Positions 1 to 9,770 of a DNA stretch of 64,000 nucleotides are shown here, piece by piece. Origin of the DNA: a virus; the IMG/VR virus record IMGVR_UViG_3300043256_000274, positions 1 through 64,000 of that record, one strand, 5' to 3'. Every line of letters starts with the position of its first letter. The stretch's first letter is position 1. The translations under genes and the position numbers were made by a program. The notes under the pieces are model-generated. The model saw nothing but the letters and a program-made list of their open reading frames with translations, had not been told where the DNA came from and searched no databases.

Positions 1-187
1 ATGTGTCGAGGAATCCCTTCGCAACGTGTGGGGTATCGGGGATCGGTCGACCAGCCGTAAGGTCGGTAGGATCCTCTGCGCCGAGGGTACGCTTGATCAG
101 GGTCACCGCGGGTATGCCGGGGCCGAGACCGTCCAGTATCTCGGCTGCGATGTCGACGCCGAACTCCTTGAAAAGTTCAGTCCCCAT
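1..187 (-). CDS. Partial virion protein, probable head-closure/neck protein (runs off window)
   Basis: Hand translation MGTELFKEFGVDIAAEILDGLGPGIPAVTLIKRT...; lies downstream of the head-tail adaptor; not in the ORF track. Confidence 0.55.
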   Translation of the reverse strand, partial: MGTELFKEFGVDIAAEILDGLGPGIPAVTLIKRTLGAEDPTDLTAGRPIPDTPHVAKGFLDT

Positions 188-323
188 GGCCACCTGCGCT
201 CATCTGGATTGGAACCAAGGCATAGCAACGGCCAGAACTGCACTCGATTTGAGCACCGCAGAGCTGGCAACGAGCCCAAGAGTTTGCCATGCCGTTGCAA
301 GGGATGTAGAGGACTACAGTCAT
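177..323 (-). CDS. Small Cys-rich hypothetical protein (48 aa)
   Basis: TGATG coupling with upstream gene; MTVVLYIPCNG...CQLCGAQIEC; fills the gap exactly. Confidence 0.35.
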   Translation of the reverse strand: MTVVLYIPCNGMANSWARCQLCGAQIECSSGRCYALVPIQMSAGGHGD

Positions 324-919
324 CAGGGAAAGCCTTCGCCCTGGCGGAGATCGTAGCGGTCACAGTCGTCGAATTGCGACGGGTCGCAGGTCCCGCTGGC
401 GATGCTGCCGGAGTTCGCTCCGGTGCCGGAGCCGGAGAAGCACTTCACCAGGTCCCACGCCGCGGTGGGCAGTGGGGTACCCTTTCGGCCTTCCGAGTCA
501 CCAGCGCGGAAGAACTCGACCGCAGCAGAGCCCGCGCCGACCTTCTTGACGTTCTTGGCCGTGCTGCCTTTGTCGCTGGCCGTAGGCGTGCCGAGAATGA
601 TGTTGACCAATTCGGCTGTCGCCCAGCACACTTCGTCTGGCACCACCGTGTCAAGGATGAGCGTCCCGTTGCAGTCGGTGAGCGCGACGCGCGGGAACTC
701 AAGCGGCTGCGGAGTGGCGACGTCGGTCGGGACACTCTGCCAGCGCTGCCGGTCGATCCAGCGCGTGGCCTGGACATGCGCCTTCTTGCGGTCGCCTGAG
801 CTCGCAGCATCATAGGCGTCCACACCCAATCGGCCGGCAAGGTACTCCTTGATGTCGGCTTCGGTGCCATACACATCGTAGTTGTTGCCACTGATGATGA
901 TGATTTCGACGGTTGCCAT
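323..919 (-). CDS. Head-tail adaptor (DnaT-like phage family)
   Basis: Motifs A..QATRWID, QPLEFPR, VPDEV..A.AEL, VKKVGAGSAAVEFF. Confidence 0.75.
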   Translation of the reverse strand: MATVEIIIISGNNYDVYGTEADIKEYLAGRLGVDAYDAASSGDRKKAHVQATRWIDRQRWQSVPTDVATPQPLEFPRVALTDCNGTLILDTVVPDEVCWATAELVNIILGTPTASDKGSTAKNVKKVGAGSAAVEFFRAGDSEGRKGTPLPTAAWDLVKCFSGSGTGANSGSIASGTCDPSQFDDCDRYDLRQGEGFP

Positions 920-1305
920 TACTTGTTGATGTCTTGTTCTACCTGGAACTCGCCTTTTCGCACGGTCCGTAGGTTGCTGGCCGCATCAGTCTGTTCGAGG
1001 TCGTAGAAGGCGGAGACCGGGGGTTCGCCCATGGCTGCCGTGAATGCCGCCCAGTTGGCGACAGAGAATTGGAACAGCACACGACCGTCAGTGCCGACAG
1101 GGACAGATCCACTGATCGCGAAGATGTTCGTCAGCGCGTCAATCGGATCCTCCAACGAGTCCACTGTTAGCTCGTATGCGAAGCCGGTGATGTCGACAAT
1201 GACATTGTTCTCGTCCTTGATGACACGTTCCCACACGAAGGTGTCACCCCTGGTGAAACAGAGGGTCTCCTCGGGGGGACACAGGCTAAAGGTATCAGGG
1301 GGCAT
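919..1305 (-). CDS. Virion protein, BppU N-terminal-like domain
   Basis: RGDTF...KD....VDITG...YDLEQTD...G.F.V.QDI pattern. Confidence 0.6.
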   Translation of the reverse strand: MPPDTFSLCPPEETLCFTRGDTFVWERVIKDENNVIVDITGFAYELTVDSLEDPIDALTNIFAISGSVPVGTDGRVLFQFSVANWAAFTAAMGEPPVSAFYDLEQTDAASNLRTVRKGEFQVEQDINK

Positions 1306-1317
1306 TGGTTCACCAGC

Positions 1318-3828
1318 CTACACTATAAGGTCTCCGCCCTCGGAAGTTATCTCAAGATCCGCAGTGGGAGTCGTGATCTGCAGGTCTCGGCTGACGATTG
1401 CGGGTCCTACGACTCCTGCATCAACAATGGGAGCAGGGATCGCTGTACCTGCTGCGACGGCGGGAATCGCAACCACTTGGTCTGCCGTGACGGTGGGAGC
1501 GGGTACATCAGTCCCAGCCGGAATTGATGGGGCATTGACCGTCTGATCTACCCGATCAGGCGCAACGATCACAGCGGCGACGGGCACTGCGCCAACGTCG
1601 GCGGTTTGGTCGACACGGTCAGGCGCCACGACCACAGCGGCAGCGGGCACCGCGCCGACGTCGGCGGTTTGGTCGACGCGATCGGGCGCAACGACCACGG
1701 CACTCGCGGCGACCGCCGGCACGGACACATTCTGATCGGCTGAGACGTCGATAGCGGGCGCGGGGATGGCCGTAGCGGCTGCAACAGCGGTTACATTGAG
1801 CGTCTGGTCTACGCGCGCAGGCGCGAGGACTGCCGTACCGGCGGCTACTGCCGGCACATTCACCGGCTTATTGATTACCGGCGCGAGGACCGCGGTGGGC
1901 GCGGCAACCGCGGGCACGGCTACAGTCTGGTCAACTCGAGCTGGGGCGAGGACTGACGTACCAGCGGCAACCGCTGGTACGGAAATAAGCTGGTCCCCGA
2001 GAACGGTCGGGGCGGGAATCACCGCCGCCGTGGCGACAGGGGAGACGTTCACGGTTTGGTCGACCCGCGCAGGCGCGAGGACTGCCGTACTGGCGGCGAC
2101 CGCTGGTACGTCGACCGGCTTGTTTATGATGGGCGTGGGGATCACAGTCGACGCTGTCGCGGCGGCGACTGCGAGGGTCTGATCTACGCGAGTGGGCGCG
2201 ACGATCACGGCTGTTGCCCCCACTGCCGGGACGGAAACAAGCTGGTCGCCGAGCACTGTTGGGGTAGGGATCGCAGTCGCCGCCGCGATGGTGTCGACCG
2301 CGAGCGTCTGGTCGATTCGGTCCGGTGCTAGGACCGCGGTCGCGGCAGCTTCCGCTGGTACCGGTGCCGTCTGGTCGACGCGGTCCGGGGCGACGACCAC
2401 GGTCGCTGCGGGCACCGCTGGTACGGCCACCGACTGCGGGAAGCGTACCGTTGGTGCGAGTATCGCGGCTGCCGCGGCGATCGGGGGAAGCTGGGTAGCA
2501 GGGACGGACTGGTCCGTACGGTCGAGTCCAACGATTATCGCCTTCGCGGCGATGGCCGGTACGGTCACGCTTTGCCCGGTGACGGTCTCCTCGATACAGA
2601 GGACCGGAGTCGGCTTGGCGTTGTTAGCTGTGGTCGATGGTGTATAGTCGAACCCGGTGGAGGTGAACGCATCGAAATCCCCGGCATAGGAAAGAGCTCC
2701 TGTGTCGTTGAAGATCGAGAAGAAATCACTGGCAAACGCGGAGGATGAATCGGACGGATCTGTTTCATCCGATTGTGTGTGAAGGCAGCCTTCTGTCAGC
2801 GTGTCCTCGTCGATTGCCGATACTCCTATACCAGCAGCGTTGCCGGACGTCGAAACACCCGCGTTGCTCACCTGGCTTGGGAAAAGAAGCGCAAACTGAG
2901 GTTGGAATCCAGGGGCCGTATAACTCTTTGCACCAGTTGTATGCAAAAGCCCAGGCTGATCTACGTCGTAACCGTTGTTGCCATCGCTGGAGTAGCAGAA
3001 GTACCCAAAGCTGCTCGTAGCACTTGTGATGCGCTTCGTGAGGTGGAAGACCCCGCGTGGTGTCCCATTGACGCTCGTCAGCGTGAGCTCCCAAGCGGTG
3101 ATAAGGGTGCTCCCAGTGAAAGGTGGGGTAGACGCGATGTGGGTCGCATCCACATTTTCACCGTGTCGGTTGGCTGGATTTCGAGCGTCCTGATCAGTCC
3201 ACGACTTGTGAGATTGGTCGATCGTCCCTGAGTGGTCTGCACCGAACCCGAAGGAGCAGGCAGCATCAGCCGTGACCGTCGAGGAGAATGCGTTGGCTTT
3301 CGGGTGACCGATGAAGACAACCTCGGGCCGCACGGTCATATCCGTAAGCGTTATCACCCGTGCCGAATTCACCAACTGTGAGTCATTGAGGAACGTGCCC
3401 GCCTCGACGTGACAATCGTCACCCGTGAACATGATCACAGTGAAACGCCGTGCGGCACCAGGCGTCCCGGCCCAGGTCAGTCGCAGCCCATCCGTGATCG
3501 TAGAGGCATCAGCCTCCATGTTGGTCTCGACGCCGGTTCCCGTGTTATTCGAGAACTGGATGCACTTGGTCGTCGACCCCATGTGGGTCGCCTGGGACGG
3601 GTCTGTATTGTGCTCCGAGAAGTAGGAGCAGGCCCATTCCCGGGTAAAGTCCGTCGCGCCCATTCCAATGTGGGCATCGTCGATCGGTGTAGTGCCGTCT
3701 GCAGTTGCCTCACCCCAGAAGAACAGTGCACCCTTCGGCGTACCAAACCCGGATACGGTTATATCCTGGGTGGCGCCAGTGGTCCCCACTGCTGTGTGGA
3801 CGACTCGAATGTCAACGCCGGCAGCCAT
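1318..3828 (-). CDS. Virion fibre/spike-like protein with repetitive C-terminal stalk
   Basis: 836 aa; T/G/S-rich beta-type N-terminal half, then many ~22-aa VPAVAA..VLAP.RVDQT repeats. Confidence 0.65.
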   Translation of the reverse strand: MAAGVDIRVVHTAVGTTGATQDITVSGFGTPKGALFFWGEATADGTTPIDDAHIGMGATDFTREWACSYFSEHNTDPSQATHMGSTTKCIQFSNNTGTGVETNMEADASTITDGLRLTWAGTPGAARRFTVIMFTGDDCHVEAGTFLNDSQLVNSARVITLTDMTVRPEVVFIGHPKANAFSSTVTADAACSFGFGADHSGTIDQSHKSWTDQDARNPANRHGENVDATHIASTPPFTGSTLITAWELTLTSVNGTPRGVFHLTKRITSATSSFGYFCYSSDGNNGYDVDQPGLLHTTGAKSYTAPGFQPQFALLFPSQVSNAGVSTSGNAAGIGVSAIDEDTLTEGCLHTQSDETDPSDSSSAFASDFFSIFNDTGALSYAGDFDAFTSTGFDYTPSTTANNAKPTPVLCIEETVTGQSVTVPAIAAKAIIVGLDRTDQSVPATQLPPIAAAAAILAPTVRFPQSVAVPAVPAATVVVAPDRVDQTAPVPAEAAATAVLAPDRIDQTLAVDTIAAATAIPTPTVLGDQLVSVPAVGATAVIVAPTRVDQTLAVAAATASTVIPTPIINKPVDVPAVAASTAVLAPARVDQTVNVSPVATAAVIPAPTVLGDQLISVPAVAAGTSVLAPARVDQTVAVPAVAAPTAVLAPVINKPVNVPAVAAGTAVLAPARVDQTLNVTAVAAATAIPAPAIDVSADQNVSVPAVAASAVVVAPDRVDQTADVGAVPAAAVVVAPDRVDQTADVGAVPVAAVIVAPDRVDQTVNAPSIPAGTDVPAPTVTADQVVAIPAVAAGTAIPAPIVDAGVVGPAIVSRDLQITTPTADLEITSEGGDLIV

Positions 3829-3834
3829 TAGGCT

Positions 3835-4071
3835 TTACAATGCTCCGTCTTTGGCGTCTACGAGAGCCTGTTCCCAGTTGGTCTTGAGGTTGCCGTCCGC
3901 CTCGATCTCTGCAAACGTCACGCTGATCTTGTGGTTTCCCGACCCGATGGTGACTTCTTTTACGGTGTCTCCCCGTGCCTCAAGCGCCAGCTTGAGCTTG
4001 TTCAGGATCCACCCCATGGAATCGTTGAGGTTCATAACAGCAAGCGGACGAGGCGCATCGGGATCGTACAT
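3835..4071 (-). CDS. Hypothetical protein
   Basis: In operon; start moved to MYDPDAP. Confidence 0.5.
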   Translation of the reverse strand: MYDPDAPRPLAVMNLNDSMGWILNKLKLALEARGDTVKEVTIGSGNHKISVTFAEIEADGNLKTNWEQALVDAKDGAL

Positions 4072-4072
4072 G

Positions 4073-4660
4073 CTAGGTGGACAACGACCCCGGCGTCCGT
4101 GCAACACCGAGTGCAGCCATGATGGGAAGCTCCACGGTCTGATCATGAACGATCAAGGTACGGAGTCGGACGCTCTGAGCATTACCGATCGTGCCTCGAC
4201 GGTGCGTTGCACCATCGACAAGGGCCTCGGCCATACAGTGCAGGGCGCCCTCACTGGTGATTGCGTGACAGCCCAGCTCTATCGCCTTCGCGGTGACGAG
4301 CGCGAGTCCGTCCTGACGGTAGGCATGCCAGGCGCCCGAGGGCTCGTCGAAGGTGACACACCATTCGCGCATGGCCCCTTTATTCACGAAGCCCTCCGGC
4401 AGCGCCGCGTGACCCGTCTGCTCGGACCGCGGCTTGTCGCTGACCCGTTCGATTCGGAGCTCGCGCACGACAGCGTCGCTGTCCGAGACGGAGACGAGGT
4501 CGCCCGCGCGAAGGATGCCTTCGCAAACGAAGACGCCACCGGACCCCATGTGTGCATCGACTTCGAGGATCAGGCGTTGCGCAACAACGCGCCCGCCTCC
4601 CTCACGATTCAGGATCCAGTGTCGGGCCGCTTTGTCGAAGTTTACACGAAACCTATCCAT
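4073..4660 (-). CDS. Hypothetical protein
   Basis: TAATG coupling with upstream gene; start moved to MDRFRVNF. Confidence 0.55.
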   Translation of the reverse strand: MDRFRVNFDKAARHWILNREGGGRVVAQRLILEVDAHMGSGGVFVCEGILRAGDLVSVSDSDAVVRELRIERVSDKPRSEQTGHAALPEGFVNKGAMREWCVTFDEPSGAWHAYRQDGLALVTAKAIELGCHAITSEGALHCMAEALVDGATHRRGTIGNAQSVRLRTLIVHDQTVELPIMAALGVARTPGSLST

Positions 4661-5139
4661 TACGCCGTGATCTGGAGGATGCCTTCGACATTCCACACCA
4701 GGGTAATGTTCCCACCGTTCGTGGTCGTCGCGCTCAGGCCCTCAGCGACCGCGATCAAGAGGGTGTTCACGTCCGTTTGCCCGGCGTCCAGTTCACGCGC
4801 GATGATGACCGTGTCAAACGTGTCATTCGTGCCGTTGCCGATCCCAGTGTAAACTAGGTCAGCCGCATCGAACTCTGCACGATCGTTCGGGAGATCGACC
4901 ACCGTCGCCTTCGACGCGAGTTCCAGAGCTGCGCCACTGCCAGGGTCAGTGTAGCCTGTCGCTACGACCGTATTCACTACGACGTCACCCCAGTCGATGT
5001 CGGTGTCGATGTCGACCACGTACGCAGCCCTCATGAGCCCTGGCGTAATCCTGTCGAGCAGGAGTGCAAGGGGGGGTTCGCCCACTCCCGCGAAGGAGGG
5101 GTCGAGAAGCATCACCTTGCCTTGATTGTACCAAACCAT
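4660..5139 (-). CDS. Virion structural protein
   Basis: TGYT..G..L..K...AEFDAADL...NGGNITLVW..GI pattern common in phage fibre-associated proteins; RBS AGGA. Confidence 0.7.
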   Translation of the reverse strand: MVWYNQGKVMLLDPSFAGVGEPPLALLLDRITPGLMRAAYVVDIDTDIDWGDVVVNTVVATGYTDPGSGAALELASKATVVDLPNDRAEFDAADLVYTGIGNGTNDTFDTVIIARELDAGQTDVNTLLIAVAEGLSATTTNGGNITLVWNVEGILQITA

Positions 5140-5162
5140 TGTTACTGTCCTTTCTGTGCCAC

Positions 5163-5193
5163 GATCGTAGCATCAGCTATCATGTGCCGTCAA
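5163..5193 (-). promoter_or_regulatory. sigma70-like promoter
   Basis: TTGACG-N18-TACGAT with TGn extension; the same TGCTACGATC 10-mer occurs at 13546-13555 upstream of another gene. Confidence 0.55.
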
Positions 5194-5225
5194 TTCTTGC
5201 TTCTGCAATCCTATTATTGCAAAAT

Positions 5226-6800
5226 CTAACTCCCAGAGCTGCCACTCGCTCTCGGCTTGTTCTGTGAGCCTCCGCCGCCGGCACCACCGTCGCTGCCGTC
5301 GTTGTCGTTTTTGCCTGTGTCATTGGGGTCGTTGCTGCGCGCTAGGCGTGCAGCAAGGGAATCTTCGTCGCCTTGGGACTCGTCCGGTGGGTTCATGCCG
5401 CCCATCAGCGCGAGGTCTTCGGGGTCGATGACTGTAATGGGATGGCTCAGGCCCAGCAAGTCCCGGACCTCCAAAATTGCCGGATCGTCTTCGTGGAGAA
5501 GCACGCCAGCCTGGGCCATGTCTCGCAAGGCGCCGGTGATCTCGTCGATGTTCCGGAACTTGAGCTTGTCGGTGACCAGGATGGGTAGCAGGTTCATCGG
5601 CCAGCCATTCAGCTCGAAGATCCGCTTGACGACATCCTTCATGTAGATGGCGACCAGGTCTTTCAGCGTCGAGTCGACAATGAGAGCGAAGTTGTGGCTC
5701 TTGTCCTTCGCCATCGCGAAGGAGCCAACCCCGTTGTCGCCCAGGAGGAGATGCTCGACTCCCAGGACGCGCGCCATCTCCCGGATCTTGCGCTCGATCG
5801 CGACAGCGACCTCGGCGTGGCTGGTGCCACCAGACTTGAGCAGCTCGAGGTCCCACTGTTTGACGTTCGAGGGTCGCTGCGCTTCGTCGGCGGACTCATA
5901 GGCAAGCGAGTCGAGGAGCAGACCCAGCTTCGGGTTGCGGATGTGATTGTCGATGAACTGCGTCATCCCGAGGATCTTCGCGTCACGATCCTCCGGCGAG
6001 ATGTCACCATTGTCCACCAACTCTTGGAGCGCTTGCAGGGGCGCTCGCCCGATGGGCGTGCCGCGCAGGTCGGTCTCGAAGCCCCAGCCTTCGAGCTGTT
6101 CGTAGCGCTGTAGCACGCGCGTTGGCTCGACACAGTGACGGAAGAGGCCGAGGCCTTCCGGGCTGTCACTCAGCGCGTCGTCAACAGCGTAGATGATCTT
6201 GTTCCGCGGCAGGTAGATTTCGCGCTGGGTCAGCGGCGCACGCTGGATGACGCCCTTGACCTCGCCGTCTTCCTCGACGTCCCACTTCTCAATGGTGATC
6301 TGCGGACGCGGCGCGATGTCCTTGAGGCCGATCATCCCCTCTTCCTCGGCCATCTTCTTGAAGGTGAGTTCCTGGATCGAGTAACCGTAGAACCGGAACA
6401 TGGCCGTGCGGCGCACGACGCGGTTCCAGGGCGTGTCCATGTTGTTGAGGATGCGCGTCGTCTTCTTGGCGAGCTCTTCGGCCTTCTCCTCATCGAAGTC
6501 CGGCGGTCGATCGTCTTCCTTCTTGACCCTGGCCTTCCAGTCCGGATTGGAGACGAGGTTCAGGAAGAAGCGCGTCCCCGCGGCGACGATGCTGACGTTC
6601 GCCAGCATGTTCGAGAAGGTCCGGTATCGGTTGCGACCGATTAGGTCCCTGTCGCGTTCGAAGTCGTCGACGAACCCGCCGTACACCGGAGTGCCGGCGA
6701 CGCCCGCTGTCCGCGTTGGCGCGACCGTGCGACGGGCGCGACGGATCGACCGGTCGCTGACGATCTTGCTGATGATCCCGGCACCGAACGGTTTCTTCAT
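5226..6800 (-). CDS. Portal protein (DUF935-like)
   Basis: Directly after terminase; YGYSIQE, SPEGLGLFR, LLGDNGVGSFAMA motifs; 524 aa. Confidence 0.85.
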   Translation of the reverse strand: MKKPFGAGIISKIVSDRSIRRARRTVAPTRTAGVAGTPVYGGFVDDFERDRDLIGRNRYRTFSNMLANVSIVAAGTRFFLNLVSNPDWKARVKKEDDRPPDFDEEKAEELAKKTTRILNNMDTPWNRVVRRTAMFRFYGYSIQELTFKKMAEEEGMIGLKDIAPRPQITIEKWDVEEDGEVKGVIQRAPLTQREIYLPRNKIIYAVDDALSDSPEGLGLFRHCVEPTRVLQRYEQLEGWGFETDLRGTPIGRAPLQALQELVDNGDISPEDRDAKILGMTQFIDNHIRNPKLGLLLDSLAYESADEAQRPSNVKQWDLELLKSGGTSHAEVAVAIERKIREMARVLGVEHLLLGDNGVGSFAMAKDKSHNFALIVDSTLKDLVAIYMKDVVKRIFELNGWPMNLLPILVTDKLKFRNIDEITGALRDMAQAGVLLHEDDPAILEVRDLLGLSHPITVIDPEDLALMGGMNPPDESQGDEDSLAARLARSNDPNDTGKNDNDGSDGGAGGGGSQNKPRASGSSGS

Positions 6801-8302
6801 TCTGCGTTGATGATGGTGGGGCCAACGGCGATTTTACGGGGCTTCGTCTTCAAGAGCCGGGCATACGCTCGAGATGCAGCGTCGACCTGGTCCTTGAACT
6901 TGCCTGCCGGGAAGACACATACTTCCTTGAGGAATTCCTTGTTCCAGGGCGCACGGACAAGGTGGATCTTACCAGCCTCGCACTGTGAGGCCAAGGGGCG
7001 AGCGCGATCCTCCTTGGAGCCAGACTCAGTGGTGATGTGGAAGTTGAACCCTTCGAGAACCAACGCCATGTGCGCTTTCACCGTCTTTCCGGCCGCGCCG
7101 GGGTCCTGAGGCAGGTCTTGAACGCAGGACGTTCCATCGTCCGTCGCGGCCTGCAGGATCATCTTGTCGACCCCTGCCGGCGTCTCGCGAGCGCGGCGCA
7201 CGTCCTCGATGTAGAGGTTTCCATCTCTGGTGCGGCGCATTTTCAGGCCGACCGTGTAGGCAGCGCGGCCATCTTTGGTGGCCGCGAGGTCCCAGCCCCG
7301 GACGAGACGACCACTCTGCGGGACGTCCTTGACGTCGATGAACTGGAAGTCGTCTTCCTGGAACATCCCACCGCCCCGCGGGGTCGGACGCTGTTCGTGC
7401 TGACCGGCCACGGCGTACTCGCCGCCAACCGATCGCATGACTTTCTCGTCTCTTTCCACGCGGGAGCGCGGAAAGAGCTCAGGCCACATTAGATCCCCGT
7501 CCTTCGTACGGGGATCTACCCAGCCGATGCTTGTGTTCGACTTGTGAATATGGTCCGGGTCGAAGTGCATCGGGATGCACAAGTGCTCGTAGCCGAGTTC
7601 CTCTTCGAGGATGAGCCCAGAGATGTCCTCTTGGTGGACGCGCTGCATGATGATGACAATGGCGCTCTGCTCACTGTTCACTCGGGAAGGCATGACCTCG
7701 GTGAACCAGTACAGTGCCTCCATGCGCTTCGCCTCGGACTCAGCGTCCTTGACGTTGTGCGGGTCGTCAATGATGACGCGGTCGCCACGTTCGCCGGTGG
7801 CGGAGCCACCGACCGCGGTGGCCAACTTGAACCCCATGTCGAGGTTGGCGAACTTGCCCTTCGACTGCTCATCCTTGTCGAGTTCGAAGACGTCGCCCCA
7901 GAAGTCTTGGTACTCCGGGCTTTTCATGAGCGCGAGGCACTTACGGTTGTCCCGCAGCGTGAGCTGCTCCGCATAAGCGGCTGCCACATACCGGGTGTGC
8001 GGCATCCGTTTCGGCCCCCACTCCCACGCCGGCCAGAAGACGTTGGTCGTCAGGCTCTTCATAGAGCCGGGCGGCACGTTGATCAGCAGCCGGTTGATCT
8101 TGCCAGCGGTCACTGCCTCCAGGTGCTCGCAGATCGCGCGGATGGCCCAGCCGTCGATGAACTTCGTGCCGGGCTCGAGCACGGGCCACATCAGTTGGAT
8201 GAAGTCGATCAGGTGGGTCTCAGCGTCGAGCTTGTCGAGCTGTCGCTTCGCGGCCGTCTTGTTGGCCAGCGCCCACTGTGCAGTGCGTTGGGTGTCAGCC
8301 AT
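6797..8302 (-). CDS. terL: Terminase large subunit
   Basis: INVPPGSMKS Walker A, IIDDPH Walker B, MQRVH, WDLA, FPAGKFKDQVDA nuclease motif. Confidence 0.95.
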   Translation of the reverse strand: MADTQRTAQWALANKTAAKRQLDKLDAETHLIDFIQLMWPVLEPGTKFIDGWAIRAICEHLEAVTAGKINRLLINVPPGSMKSLTTNVFWPAWEWGPKRMPHTRYVAAAYAEQLTLRDNRKCLALMKSPEYQDFWGDVFELDKDEQSKGKFANLDMGFKLATAVGGSATGERGDRVIIDDPHNVKDAESEAKRMEALYWFTEVMPSRVNSEQSAIVIIMQRVHQEDISGLILEEELGYEHLCIPMHFDPDHIHKSNTSIGWVDPRTKDGDLMWPELFPRSRVERDEKVMRSVGGEYAVAGQHEQRPTPRGGGMFQEDDFQFIDVKDVPQSGRLVRGWDLAATKDGRAAYTVGLKMRRTRDGNLYIEDVRRARETPAGVDKMILQAATDDGTSCVQDLPQDPGAAGKTVKAHMALVLEGFNFHITTESGSKEDRARPLASQCEAGKIHLVRAPWNKEFLKEVCVFPAGKFKDQVDAASRAYARLLKTKPRKIAVGPTIINAE

Positions 8303-8392
8303 GTGACACGGCCTTCCCGCAGATGCGACACCGCTGCGCCACGTAGATATGCCTATTGAACCAACATCGGAAAGGCTTGATCCAGAGGCTTC

Positions 8393-8803
8393 TCATCCAA
8401 GGAGCTTTCGACTCTTGCCCCAAGGCGCCCAGCCGCCCATGCGGACGGCGCGGTACATGAGGTTGCGGCGGATTCGGCCGACGCCGAGCTCCTTCATGAT
8501 GCGGCGGAAGACGCCATCCGCTTCCTTGCGCGTGATGCGCTTGTAATCGCCCCAGCCCGAGTAGCCGATGACTTTTGGCTTGTGCCGGTAGAGGTAGTCG
8601 TGGACGATGGCCGCGGCGTCGAATCGGCCGTGACTGGGGATGAGGCTCTGGAAGACGCGCGGGATGCTGGCGAAGTCCGTCTTGAATCCCTTCGGGACCA
8701 AGAACTGGTCTCGGTTGCCGAGGTAGATGAGGTCAGCGGTGAGAGTCCACTCGCCGGACTTGCCTGCTGCACGGCTGACTTGAATGTCTGAGAGGAAGGT
8801 CAT
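8393..8803 (-). CDS. DUF1353 family protein
   Basis: VPKGFKTDFASIPR, AAIVHDYLY, RKEADGVF, MYRAVRMGG. Confidence 0.85.
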   Translation of the reverse strand: MTFLSDIQVSRAAGKSGEWTLTADLIYLGNRDQFLVPKGFKTDFASIPRVFQSLIPSHGRFDAAAIVHDYLYRHKPKVIGYSGWGDYKRITRKEADGVFRRIMKELGVGRIRRNLMYRAVRMGGWAPWGKSRKLLG

Positions 8804-9024
8804 TCGGTCATGTTCCTGTACTCAGGCCAGCCGCGAGCGATGGCGTCTAGGATGCAATCACCAGAGCAGTAAAGGCCTGCGAAAACGTCCGGATGGTAGT
8901 GGATGTCCGGCATCGCATCAGGGATGTCACGCTCGTCGTCATCACTGACGACAATGACGCTGTCTTTTGGTCGGAGGATCCGACCACACTCTGGGCATTG
9001 TGGACGCGGCTCATTCGGGTTCAC
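8800..9024 (-). CDS. Small zinc-finger-like hypothetical protein
   Basis: GTG start; CPECG...YCSGDC. Confidence 0.5.
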   Translation of the reverse strand: MNPNEPRPQCPECGRILRPKDSVIVVSDDDERDIPDAMPDIHYHPDVFAGLYCSGDCILDAIARGWPEYRNMTE

Positions 9025-9589
9025 CTTTGTCCTCCATTTCGAGCAACTCGCGTAGCTTCGCGCGCTGTTCGGCGGACATCTTCTCCATGTCGGCGAGACC
9101 CATGTCGACGTTGACATTCCGGTTCTCGACGACTTGCTTCTCTTTGAACTCGGGGCAGTGTCTTTTGAGGAGCAGGATCAAAAGCGGAGTGTCGTACTCC
9201 GTGATCGCTGCGTTGACGATGGTGCCGTCTTCGAGGGTGTCCTTGGCGCGGACGCCTTGGAAGTAGATCGGCTTGCGTGTGCCGAGGACGGCACGGCGGT
9301 AGGCTTCCTGGATGAGGCCGTCGCGGAATGCCTGCATCGCACCCTCGACGTCAGAGGCGAACCGCGGATCATCTTGGATGTGGCGCGTCACCGTCGCACG
9401 ATGTACGCCGATGATTCGGGCTGCAGCTTCGCGCTGGCCTCGAGCCTCACCTTCCAGGGCCGTGCAGTACGCGGCCTTGCGAGCGCGCGTGAATTCGGTG
9501 TTCAGGCACCCGCTGGTATTGGGACCGGTCTCGCCCACTTGCTTGCGCGGACCGCCAGACGTTCGCTTCCTGTCGCTGGCCTCACTCAT
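9011..9589 (-). CDS. Terminase small subunit
   Basis: HTH (AAARIIGVHRATV), EAYRRAV.G...PIYFQG, EYD..LLI.LLK..PE.F; upstream of terL. Confidence 0.8.
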   Translation of the reverse strand: MSEASDRKRTSGGPRKQVGETGPNTSGCLNTEFTRARKAAYCTALEGEARGQREAAARIIGVHRATVTRHIQDDPRFASDVEGAMQAFRDGLIQEAYRRAVLGTRKPIYFQGVRAKDTLEDGTIVNAAITEYDTPLLILLLKRHCPEFKEKQVVENRNVNVDMGLADMEKMSAEQRAKLRELLEMEDKGEPE

Positions 9590-9595
9590 GTCCCC

Positions 9596-9625
9596 ATGGT
9601 AGGGTATGAGTACCTCTTGACGCAA
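9596..9625 (-). promoter_or_regulatory. Possible sigma70 promoter giving a leaderless terS mRNA
   Basis: TTGCGT-N18-TACCAT, then 6 nt to ATG. Confidence 0.4.
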
Positions 9626-9690
9626 GGGGATAGCGGGTGTGAGGCCCGAGAAGCCGGCCGGACCCTAGTCCAGCCGGCTTCACTCTTGGA

Positions 9691-9766
9691 TGGCTGGGGC
9701 GGTAGGCTTCGAACCCACAACCGTCCGGCTAACAACCGGGTGCTCTACCAGTTGAGCTACGCCCCA
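9691..9766 (-). tRNA. tRNA-Asn(GTT)
   Basis: TGGGGCG/CGCCCCA acceptor stem, TAGCTCAACTGGTAGAGC D arm, TTGTTAG anticodon loop, GTTCGAAG T loop, encoded CCA. Confidence 0.92.
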
Positions 9767-9770
9767 AGGG

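Noticed and set aside
1318-3828. Diversity-generating retroelement acting on the fibre gene
   Set aside because: There is no reverse transcriptase and no adenine-specific template/variable repeat pair.
7057-7070. GAACCAACGCCATG on the plus strand inside terL, matching the early-gene leader
   Set aside because: It is antisense within a conserved gene and no credible ORF follows; probably chance.
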